A stretch of 64,000 bases of DNA. Origin: Candidatus Nomurabacteria bacterium (lineage in GTDB: Bacteria > Patescibacteriota > Saccharimonadia > Saccharimonadales > HK-STAS-PATE-42). Below, one piece after another: positions 35,904-43,995 of this stretch. A program made the translations under genes and the position numbers. How positions within the stretch are numbered: position 1 is the stretch's first letter; each line of letters begins with the position of its first letter. The stretch is from assembly GCA_023898665.1 (NCBI GenBank), contig CP060233.1:146801-210800 (forward strand). The letters run 5' to 3'. The notes beneath the pieces are model-generated. The model made no database searches, was not told the DNA's origin, and saw only the letters and a list, made by a program, of their open reading frames with translations.

Positions 35904-36057
35904 GGCTTATCCTATGTATTATTGTTTATTTGGCTGTTTTTGTTTTTATAATCTATTTGCTATTGATACTAGCATAAAACAGGGATAATTGCAAGTTAAT
36001 TGGGGAGAGATTATTGTGGTAAAATTTGGGTTAGAAATTAAGTGAGGAGATGTCTTT

Positions 36058-36822
36058 TTGAATAAGCCGAAGGTTTGGTCAGTGATTAATCAAAAAGGTG
36101 GAGTTGGTAAAACGACTACTACTGTTAATCTTGCTTATAACTTAGCTAAAAAAGGCAAAAAAGTTTTGCTGGTAGATTTAGATCCGCAAGGGAATGCTTC
36201 TTCGGGTCTAGGTGTTTCTATTAAGACTTTAGAGAAGAGCTTATACGATTGTTTAGTTTCAAATGAAGAACCAGACAAAGCTATTATTAAGACTTCTTGG
36301 GTTAATTTATTTTTGTTACCAGCGAGCACCAAACTGGCAACTGTTGACAGTGAACTACCTGCTACACAAAGGGATAGAGTTTTAAGACTTAAAAAGACTT
36401 TAGAGAATATTGATGCTGATGTGGTTTTAATTGATGCACCCCCATCGCTGGGGTTGCTTACTGTTAATGCTCTGGTGGCTTCAGATTCTGTTATCTTACC
36501 GGTACAGGCTGAATATTATGCTCTTGAGGGGCTGGGTCAATTACTTGAGACAATGCAGATTGTTAGAACTGGTTTAAACAAAACATTGGGTGTGATGGGA
36601 ATTTTGATTACGATGTATGATGGTCGAACAAGTTTGAGTAGACAAGTAGAGGAGCAATTAAAAACTCATTTTAGCAACTTCTTGTTTAGATCGACTATAC
36701 CTAGAAATGTTAAGTTAGCGGAGGCTCCAAGTCATGGCATGCCAATTGGGATTTATTCTCCTGGCTCATCTGGGGCAAAAGCTTACGACTCACTGACCAA
36801 GGAGGTTTTAAAACATGTCTAG
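36058..36822 (+). CDS. parA: chromosome partitioning ATPase ParA/Soj
   Basis: INQKGGVGKTTTTVNLA deviant Walker A. TTG start 8 nt after GAGGAG. Confidence 0.92.
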   Translation: MNKPKVWSVINQKGGVGKTTTTVNLAYNLAKKGKKVLLVDLDPQGNASSGLGVSIKTLEKSLYDCLVSNEEPDKAIIKTSWVNLFLLPASTKLATVDSELPATQRDRVLRLKKTLENIDADVVLIDAPPSLGLLTVNALVASDSVILPVQAEYYALEGLGQLLETMQIVRTGLNKTLGVMGILITMYDGRTSLSRQVEEQLKTHFSNFLFRSTIPRNVKLAEAPSHGMPIGIYSPGSSGAKAYDSLTKEVLKHV

Positions 36823-37696
36823 TTCTGCTTTGGGTCGAGGTTTAGAGAGCTTAATCCCCACTGATTTTATTATTGAGGAGCAGTTTGACCCCACTGTGAA
36901 AAGTGGTGATGATAGTGGGAAGAACTTAGAACTTAAGCTTAGTGAAATAGAGCCAAATGAGCATCAGCCAAGGATGAATTTTAAAGAAGGTCCAATGGCA
37001 GATTTAGTAGAATCTATCAGAGTACATGGAGTGATTCAGCCAGTAGTTGTGTCTCCTAAGTCGGGTGGTGGTTATAACTTGATTGCTGGGGAGCGTCGTT
37101 GGCGAGCAAGTAATTTTATTGGCCTTAAAACTATCCCGGCCATAGTTAGGACTCCGAATGATCAGCAGAAGTTAGAGCTAGCTCTGGTTGAGAATGTTCA
37201 GCGTGAAGATTTGGGTCCACTTGAGACGGCAACGGCTTATGTTAAGCTTCATCAGCAGTTTAGTTTATCTTATGAAGAGGTGGCTAAAAAAGTTGGTAAA
37301 GCTCTTTCGACTGTACTTAATGCGATACGTTTATTAAATCTTCCAGCAGAGGCAAAACAGGCTCTTTATGATAAAAAGATTAGCGAAGGTCATGCTCGAG
37401 TACTAGCTGGGATGAATGCTTTTCCAGAGGCTCAGCAAGAGCTCCTGGGTAAGATCTTAAGTGAGGGTTGGAGTGTCCGGCAGGCTGAGCAGTTTAGTGT
37501 GGTGGTTAAATCTCAAGATAAGCTTAAAAAAGCTGCTAAAACTGAGGATGTTTTTAAGTTTAGAGAAGAGGCTGTAACTAAGCTTAAGACTAAACTTAAC
37601 ACGAGTGTTGAGCTAAAACCACGCTCTAAGGGAGGTCGTTTAGTAATTGATTATTTAGATGATGAAGATTTAGCGAGGATAGTTTCTAAGCTGTAA
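36815..37696 (+). CDS. parB: chromosome partitioning protein ParB/Spo0J
   Basis: LIAGERRWRAS, LVENVQREDL and an HTH region. Confidence 0.92.
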   Translation: MSSSALGRGLESLIPTDFIIEEQFDPTVKSGDDSGKNLELKLSEIEPNEHQPRMNFKEGPMADLVESIRVHGVIQPVVVSPKSGGGYNLIAGERRWRASNFIGLKTIPAIVRTPNDQQKLELALVENVQREDLGPLETATAYVKLHQQFSLSYEEVAKKVGKALSTVLNAIRLLNLPAEAKQALYDKKISEGHARVLAGMNAFPEAQQELLGKILSEGWSVRQAEQFSVVVKSQDKLKKAAKTEDVFKFREEAVTKLKTKLNTSVELKPRSKGGRLVIDYLDDEDLARIVSKL

Positions 37697-37741
37697 GTAT
37701 TATATCTTATTGCTTATGTTTGCTAAAGTAGTTTAAAAGTG

Positions 37742-37770
37742 TTGACTTTTTTATGTATGTTTGTTACAAT
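37742..37770 (+). promoter_or_regulatory. strong sigma-70-type promoter
   Basis: TTGACT-N17-TACAAT, preceded by a TGT extended -10. Confidence 0.6.
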
Positions 37771-37848
37771 CTTTATCAAATTAAATTTGTGAGAGTTTGA
37801 TTCAGATTTTATAAATTAAATAATTTAAGGATTTTACAAATAATATAT

Positions 37849-39153
37849 ATGACAGCAACATCAACACACGGACCTTTAAGGGGAGGACCTACCTTACCGC
37901 CTCCTCCAGCACCATCTTCGGGAGGAAGTTCTTTAAACTTTGCTAAGGCTACTGCTATTGTTGCCTCAGGTATTGCTGTGGCGGGTACCGCTATAAACAC
38001 AGTCGCTGGGCTTACCCCTTTGGATGGGTTAAGTGATGCTAGTAACTCAAAAGTAGCCGTTTCTGGCCTTATATTGGGTACTGCTGGCATGTTTGGTCTA
38101 GCTGTTGAACGTGACAGAATGGGTAGAGAGGTTACTCCTACTGCCGTAGGTATTGGTTCTGCTGCTGTAGCCGGCTATGCTATTGGTAATATGTTTACCG
38201 GTGGCTACCTTGAAGAGGGGTCTATAGGCGCTGGAGTTCTTGCTGCGGCTGTAGCTACTGGATTCTCTGCTCGTAACTGGTATCAAAACAGGCGAACTGC
38301 TGGCGGAACGAGTACTCCTAGAATTGGTAAAATTTCTGGTGCTTGGAATACCGTAAAGAGTGAGTTCAATGGCTTGAGCTCAAGAAACAAGAAAGTTGTA
38401 TCTGGGCTTGGTGCTTTTGCAGGAACTCTAGCTGTTACTGAGACATCTAACGCTCTTAACTGGCCATTTGGCGGATTCAACAATGTTGGTGCCTTCTTTA
38501 GCGCTGGAGTAGTGAGTGCTGGTGTAGTATTCGGTGGTAAGATCAAGGATAAGGTTAGTGATTGGAATTTATATCACCCAGTCATAACCAAGGTTGGTTT
38601 AGCTGCTGTTGGCCTAGCTACTCTAGGGATTGGTGCCTACGCCTGGAATAAGGGATGGATTGGTGGCCACGGGCATGGTGGTGGCAAGGGTGGAGCTAGT
38701 GAGCATGCGGATAAGGTTCCGACAACTAGTGGTAATGGTAGTTCAACTACTCAACAGGTAACATCTACTACTGCAGCTCCTTCAACCACTGGGGGTAACG
38801 GATCTACTAGCTCTGTAGTAAGTACTACTGCTGCTCCAAGTGGTAATGGGACTAGTACTACAGTTGCTACTGTCCCTCCTGCAACCCCAGTACCTGGATC
38901 TAATGGTGGTGGATCATTTACTCTTGAAACATTCACTGCTGCTAATAAGCCTGGGATGGTAACTAAAATCCAAGAGCTACAACCGGGATTGTCCACTGCT
39001 AAGGCCAACTCAATTGCTGATCAGATCATGGCTGGACAGTACGCTAACGTAACTGAGCACGGTGCAGAGTTCACTAAGTTCATTTCTGGTGATAATCAGG
39101 CAGCTGCTGATGCAATGTTCCGATATGATGTTAGTGTTCTAGCTGTTGCCTAA
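37849..39153 (+). CDS. hypothetical Gly/Ala-rich polytopic membrane protein with Ser/Thr-rich linker and C-terminal globular domain
   Basis: 434-aa ORF with about seven glycine-zipper-like helices, GGHGHGGGKGG, the duplicated STTAAPS..GNG(S/T) linker, and its own promoter and terminator. Confidence 0.6.
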   Translation: MTATSTHGPLRGGPTLPPPPAPSSGGSSLNFAKATAIVASGIAVAGTAINTVAGLTPLDGLSDASNSKVAVSGLILGTAGMFGLAVERDRMGREVTPTAVGIGSAAVAGYAIGNMFTGGYLEEGSIGAGVLAAAVATGFSARNWYQNRRTAGGTSTPRIGKISGAWNTVKSEFNGLSSRNKKVVSGLGAFAGTLAVTETSNALNWPFGGFNNVGAFFSAGVVSAGVVFGGKIKDKVSDWNLYHPVITKVGLAAVGLATLGIGAYAWNKGWIGGHGHGGGKGGASEHADKVPTTSGNGSSTTQQVTSTTAAPSTTGGNGSTSSVVSTTAAPSGNGTSTTVATVPPATPVPGSNGGGSFTLETFTAANKPGMVTKIQELQPGLSTAKANSIADQIMAGQYANVTEHGAEFTKFISGDNQAAADAMFRYDVSVLAVA

Positions 39154-39187
39154 CAACAGATAAAGCAAAGAGCTAAAACATCTCATT

Positions 39188-39215
39188 AAAAAGACCCCAG
39201 TTCGGGGGTCTTTTT
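39188..39215. terminator. bidirectional intrinsic terminator between convergent genes
   Basis: AAAAAGACCCC-agttc-GGGGGTCTTTTT. Confidence 0.8.
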
Positions 39216-39239
39216 AATGTTCGTGGGGGTAAGAGTGGG

Positions 39240-40604
39240 CTACTCCTCGAGGTAGGATTTTAGTTTTTTGGCGTTTTGGTTTTTACGGAGTTTGTTGAGA
39301 GCTTTGGCTTCGATTTGACGGATTCTTTCTCTGGTGACGTCGAACTCGTGACCGACCTCTTCTAGAGTGTGTTGTTTGCCGTCCTCTAAACCGAATCTAA
39401 GCTTTAAGATCTTTGCCTCTCTATCACTAAGTTCTCCTAGAACTTCGTCGATCTGTTGGCGCATGTAGGCTCTTGTAGCGGCTTCTGCAGGGCTTTCCCC
39501 TTCATCATCTTCGATAAAGTCGGCAAGGATGCTGTCGTCGCCGTCTTCGCCTCCTCCGATGGTGGAGTCCAAACTTCCGACATCTTGCTTGATTTTAAAG
39601 ATGTACTCTACTTTTTCTGGCTCCATCTCCAATTCTTTAGCGAGTTCTTCGATAGTTGGTTCTCGGTTTAGCTCCTGAGTCATCCGACGCTGAGTACGCA
39701 TAAGCTTATTGATGTTTTCAAACATGTGTACTGGGATACGGATAACACGCGATTGGTCGGCAATGGCGCGAGTGATGGCCTGACGGATCCACCAAGTAGC
39801 GTAGGTGCTAAACTTAAAGCCTTTATCTGGATCGAACTTTTCTACTGCTCGCATTAAGCCGTTATTACCTTCTTGGATTAAGTCTAAGAAATCGAGTCCT
39901 CGACCGGTGTATCTTTTTGCAATAGAGACGACTAGACGCATGTTACTTTCGGCCATTTTGGCTTTAGCTTCCATGTCGCCTTCTCTAATTTTTAGGGCTA
40001 GTTCAATCTCTTCTGGGCCGGTTAAAAGAGGGACGTTACCGATCTCTCGTAAGTACAAACGGACGCTGTCGTCGGCGATCTCTTTTAGGTAAACGTTTAC
40101 GTCTTCTTCTATCTCCAATCCTTCGTCTTCGAGGTCATCTGCATCGGGCTCGTCATCATCAATGATAATTTCTTTTTGGGCAATTGAGGTTGATCCTTCT
40201 GGGGTAGGAGTGCTTTTTCTTGGTTTTGGTGTCGCTGCTTTTGCTCTTGTAACTGGTTTATCTGTTGATTTGCTACTAGCAGTTTTTTTGGTAGCTGTTT
40301 TAACTTCTGTTTCAGCTAACTTCTTTGCTTCGGTAGCGGGTTTTTTTGATAATTGCTTTTTTACGACTACTTTCTTTTTTGTAGTTGCTTGCTTAGCAAA
40401 TTTAATACCATCTGATTTAATTGAGTCTTTTATTTTTTTTAGATCGTCTTTGACTAGAACGCTCTTTGGGTCAAACTTTAGTATTGCTTGATCTAAATCG
40501 ATTTGGGATACAGTATTTTCTTTAACAGAATGTTTTTTGAGATCTTTTATTATTTTTGCTGTTATTTTTTCAGACTGGGATTTAGTGATGTTTTTTCCTA
40601 TCAT
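39240..40604 (-). CDS. rpoD: RNA polymerase primary sigma factor (sigma-70)
   Basis: Regions 1.2 to 4.2 are present, including [17 protein letters not shown] and [20 protein letters not shown]. Confidence 0.95.
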   Translation of the reverse strand: MIGKNITKSQSEKITAKIIKDLKKHSVKENTVSQIDLDQAILKFDPKSVLVKDDLKKIKDSIKSDGIKFAKQATTKKKVVVKKQLSKKPATEAKKLAETEVKTATKKTASSKSTDKPVTRAKAATPKPRKSTPTPEGSTSIAQKEIIIDDDEPDADDLEDEGLEIEEDVNVYLKEIADDSVRLYLREIGNVPLLTGPEEIELALKIREGDMEAKAKMAESNMRLVVSIAKRYTGRGLDFLDLIQEGNNGLMRAVEKFDPDKGFKFSTYATWWIRQAITRAIADQSRVIRIPVHMFENINKLMRTQRRMTQELNREPTIEELAKELEMEPEKVEYIFKIKQDVGSLDSTIGGGEDGDDSILADFIEDDEGESPAEAATRAYMRQQIDEVLGELSDREAKILKLRFGLEDGKQHTLEEVGHEFDVTRERIRQIEAKALNKLRKNQNAKKLKSYLEE

Positions 40605-40972
40605 AGACTCCTTAGTATAGCTGTTATTGTTAGATATGACAACGGGCGAAGCCCAGCTGACCTCCTTTTATAGCTGGGCGTGTTTATTTTGTACTAAGAG
40701 TATTACACCTGTTTAACTTATTTTGTTTCATATTTATCTTTTTCTGAATTAGAAAGAACAAAGCATCATTTTGATTTGATAAGGCCTCCCCTCTGTTTAC
40801 TTTGTATGTCTACAAGGTGGCAGGCCTCAGGCTTAAACTGGCTCAATACCATAGGTATAAATGCACGTGGAACATAAGCTTAATGGTTTTGCTATATTTT
40901 TAAAACATCGGTTTCCACAGGTGAGTTTAATGTTAACAGTGGTGGAATCTTTATCCACAGGAGTTTGAATGT

Positions 40973-42748
40973 TTAATTATACTCTAGATTTTTAAGCTGA
41001 ATCTCTGGGGCAGATTGGATCCGATGTATTTTTTTTAGTAACTTTGCTTGTTGAGTTTGATCCGCTGTTTTTAGTTCCTGTTTTAGTTTTTCTATTTGAT
41101 AGTTTTTAGATGCTTGTTGGAATTGTTTGTACTGTTCGTCGAGTAAATCTATTTGATTTGTATCTTCAGCTGATAGTTCGAGTAGCTGTGAGTTTATAAG
41201 CTCTAATTTTGAAAGGTATTCTATGAGTTCAGGATCAGTTTTGTTTACTTTATTCTCTTTGGAGGGCTCAATTAATAGTCGATAGGCTTGTTTGGATGGC
41301 TCTGTGGGCATACTAGACGCCTTCAGGTGCTTTTTTAAGGTGTTTAATGAGGAATTGTCCTCACATGTTAATAAAAGGCTTAAGAAGCGGTCTGTGACAA
41401 GCTTAAGTCTATTGTATGTAGGTGAGATTTTGATATTTGGGTTTGTTTTGATCTCTTTATATCTTTTTAGAGGTGCGTTTTCAGCTAGTTTATCTAAAGA
41501 GTCTATTGAGACTTCTAACTTATCGCTCAGGTATTTTTTATATGATTCTTGGGAGACGGGATTTTTTATTAAGTTTAGTATTTTTATTACTGATTTGGCG
41601 TAGGCTCCTTTTTGGGTCGGGGATTTTAAATCTAAATCTCTGCTTAAAGTTTCTATTAGCCAAATGTAGGCGTCTTGTGTGCTCTGAAGGGCGAGCTCCC
41701 AGCGTTCGACGCCTTCGGCTTTGATCAATTCATCGGGGTCTTTGTACTCTATGGGGATGCTTGCAACTGTAACTTTTAGATCTGTACTAGCGGCTATCTC
41801 GAGTGATCTGATGGTAGCGTCTATGCCGGCTTTATCTGTGTCTAAACAAAAGATTAGGTTTTCTGTGAGTCTTTGGACTTGTCTGAGCTGGAGTGGAGTT
41901 ACGGCTGTACCGCTTGCGGCAACTATCTCTTTTACTCCAGCTTGAGATGAGGAAATGACATCTAAATTACCTTCTAGCAATACGATCTGGTCTTTTTTTC
42001 TTACACTTTCTTTTGCAATATTTAGCCCGTATAAGAAGTTGGACTTATTATAGACAATGGTTTGAGGAGTGTTCATATACTTTGGTCCAAAGCCGTTAGA
42101 CTTAATTAATCTAGCGGTAAAGCCTAAATGCTCTCCGTTTGGGCTGACGAACGGGAACATTATGCGCTCTCTAAAAATGTCATAAAGCTGTCCGGGTCTG
42201 GATCCTCTTTTTGTAGCAATACCGGCTTTTAGTATTTCTTCAGATGTGAAGCCATGTTTTTGGAGTAAATTTACTAGTCCGTTTGGTGAGTTAGGGGCGT
42301 ATCCAAGCTTAAAATCTTTTATACCCTGTTTGGTGACCCCTCTTTGTTTTAAATATTCGAGAGCTGTCGGGTTTTTTAGGAGTGAGGTTTGGTAATATTT
42401 GGTGGCTAGCTCGTTTATTTTGACTATTCTTTGTTTTAGCTGACCTTCTTTTCTATCTTTTGAGTTATACTCTTGCAATTCAATTCCAGCCTTTTGGGCT
42501 AAATGCTTAAGGGCTTCTGGGAACTCTAAGCCTTCAACCTCCATGACAAAGCTAAAGACATCTCCTCCTTTACCGCTGGAAAAGTCATGCCAAATGTTTT
42601 TTTCGGGAGAAACTATAAAGCTTGGAGTCTTTTCAGCAGAAAAAGGGCTTAAACCTTTATAATTTCTCCCCGCACGTTTTAATTCGACGTATTCGCCAAT
42701 AACTACCTCGATCGGCAGACGCTGTTTAATCTCTTCTTTTGACTCCAT
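40973..42748 (-). CDS. dnaG: DNA primase DnaG (TOPRIM intact, zinc-ligand positions substituted)
   Basis: EKTPSF block, EGNLDVIS and DTDKAG TOPRIM motifs. See the finding on zinc-ligand loss. Confidence 0.9.
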   Translation of the reverse strand: MESKEEIKQRLPIEVVIGEYVELKRAGRNYKGLSPFSAEKTPSFIVSPEKNIWHDFSSGKGGDVFSFVMEVEGLEFPEALKHLAQKAGIELQEYNSKDRKEGQLKQRIVKINELATKYYQTSLLKNPTALEYLKQRGVTKQGIKDFKLGYAPNSPNGLVNLLQKHGFTSEEILKAGIATKRGSRPGQLYDIFRERIMFPFVSPNGEHLGFTARLIKSNGFGPKYMNTPQTIVYNKSNFLYGLNIAKESVRKKDQIVLLEGNLDVISSSQAGVKEIVAASGTAVTPLQLRQVQRLTENLIFCLDTDKAGIDATIRSLEIAASTDLKVTVASIPIEYKDPDELIKAEGVERWELALQSTQDAYIWLIETLSRDLDLKSPTQKGAYAKSVIKILNLIKNPVSQESYKKYLSDKLEVSIDSLDKLAENAPLKRYKEIKTNPNIKISPTYNRLKLVTDRFLSLLLTCEDNSSLNTLKKHLKASSMPTEPSKQAYRLLIEPSKENKVNKTDPELIEYLSKLELINSQLLELSAEDTNQIDLLDEQYKQFQQASKNYQIEKLKQELKTADQTQQAKLLKKIHRIQSAPEIQLKNLEYN

Positions 42749-42786
42749 CTATAGATGGATTATAGCGTAGAATGTTTATTCAAGTT

Positions 42787-43743
42787 TTAGAGAGCTGGTA
42801 ATGTATCGGTTCCCCTGAGTTGTTCTAGGGCATTCTTTGCGTTGTCTACATTTTGTTTAGCTTTTGCTTCTCTGTACGCTCTTTCTTGAGCAAACGACAT
42901 ACCTTGGATAGTTTTACTGGCTTTTTCTGGATCTTTATATGTATGGTAGTAGACTTGACCAGGTCTATTTTTTGGATTTAAGTCAATTCTTGTAACATCT
43001 GGTTTTCTTGAGTTTCGGATATTTGTTCTATAGGTAGCGTAAGATTCTCCTGTAGATGAGACCCCATTCGCTATATCATGGTCTTCTGGTACAAGGATGT
43101 CTGAAGGTACTGCTTCGTGATCGTAGTAACCTTTGGGGTGATAAGCACCGCCTGTAGCAATAGTTTTTTCAAGCATTAGCTCTTCAAGGGCCTCTTTATA
43201 CATGCGCTCTACCCTTAAGTAGTTTGCTGCTTCTTCAGGCGGAAGTTTAGCAAGCACTTCAGCCTCTAGTCGTATTTTCATGGCTCTCTTGTCGTATCTA
43301 GTGTCGTAGCCAGGATCAATATGCTCTGGGTGCTCATATAGTTTACCTTTAGCCTCTCGTCTCTTTTCTTCTTGTTCAATAAGCTCACGCTTTCTAAACG
43401 CATCTCTTTGTGTTTCACGTTCGCTTACTTCTGCTCTATCTCTAATATTTTCATCGAGTTCTGCTGGATTTCTGTTTAGTAGTTGATTTTCTATGTCAGT
43501 TGATGCACGTGATAACGTATACCTTCTTGGTGCGTCTTTTAAATTCCAGCCGTCCTCACCTACTAGAGGTGATTCAGAAGGCAGTATTGCTGTTGTTTCG
43601 ATCTCTGGGTATTGTACGGTTTCGTTTTCTAAAGGGTGTATGGATCTTTTAACTGCTCCAGCGAGAGTCTCAGCTGTTTGTTTTGCTAAATCTAAATCAA
43701 CATCTGAGTACTCAGGTGTTTTTGTCTTTTCTATAGTGCTCAT
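42787..43743 (-). CDS. hypothetical charged protein
   Basis: 318-aa ORF, highly charged and helical, with no signal peptide and its own strong promoter. Confidence 0.5.
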   Translation of the reverse strand: MSTIEKTKTPEYSDVDLDLAKQTAETLAGAVKRSIHPLENETVQYPEIETTAILPSESPLVGEDGWNLKDAPRRYTLSRASTDIENQLLNRNPAELDENIRDRAEVSERETQRDAFRKRELIEQEEKRREAKGKLYEHPEHIDPGYDTRYDKRAMKIRLEAEVLAKLPPEEAANYLRVERMYKEALEELMLEKTIATGGAYHPKGYYDHEAVPSDILVPEDHDIANGVSSTGESYATYRTNIRNSRKPDVTRIDLNPKNRPGQVYYHTYKDPEKASKTIQGMSFAQERAYREAKAKQNVDNAKNALEQLRGTDTLPAL

Positions 43744-43775
43744 TTTTGTTTTTTAAAATTTTTAATTTAAATAGG

Positions 43776-43805
43776 ATCATAGCATAGTGGTTATGCTAAA
43801 GTCAA
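43776..43805 (-). promoter_or_regulatory. sigma-70 promoter with embedded inverted repeat
   Basis: Minus strand TTGACTTTAGCATAACCACTATGCTATGAT, where TAGCATA-N5-TATGCTA lies between -35 and -10. Confidence 0.6.
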
Positions 43806-43995
43806 GCATTATATTGGAGCTAATACAAAAATAGGTGAGAACTTAGATATGCTCAGGGTAAATGGTATAATGTTTAGTATGAAACTTTTTAGGTTTATGT
43901 TTGGCGGTGTTCGTGGTGTCGTCCCATGTGGGGCTTAATTTTATATCACTTAAAATACTAAACTAAATACAAACTTAAATTTAAATCTACTATTT

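Noticed and set aside
35904-36057. The divergent intergenic region upstream of parA, considered as a replication origin.
   Set aside because: I saw no DnaA-box cluster; the only near-match is TTGTGGTAA. dnaA is not in the window, and there is no evident gene-orientation switch.
40863-40878. parS-like sequences (AATGCACGTGGAACAT here, and TGTTTCACGTTCGCTT at about 43420), given that parAB lie nearby.
   Set aside because: Each matches only one half of the TGTTTCACGTGAAACA palindrome (about 11 of 16 positions or fewer). This is not enough to call a ParB site.
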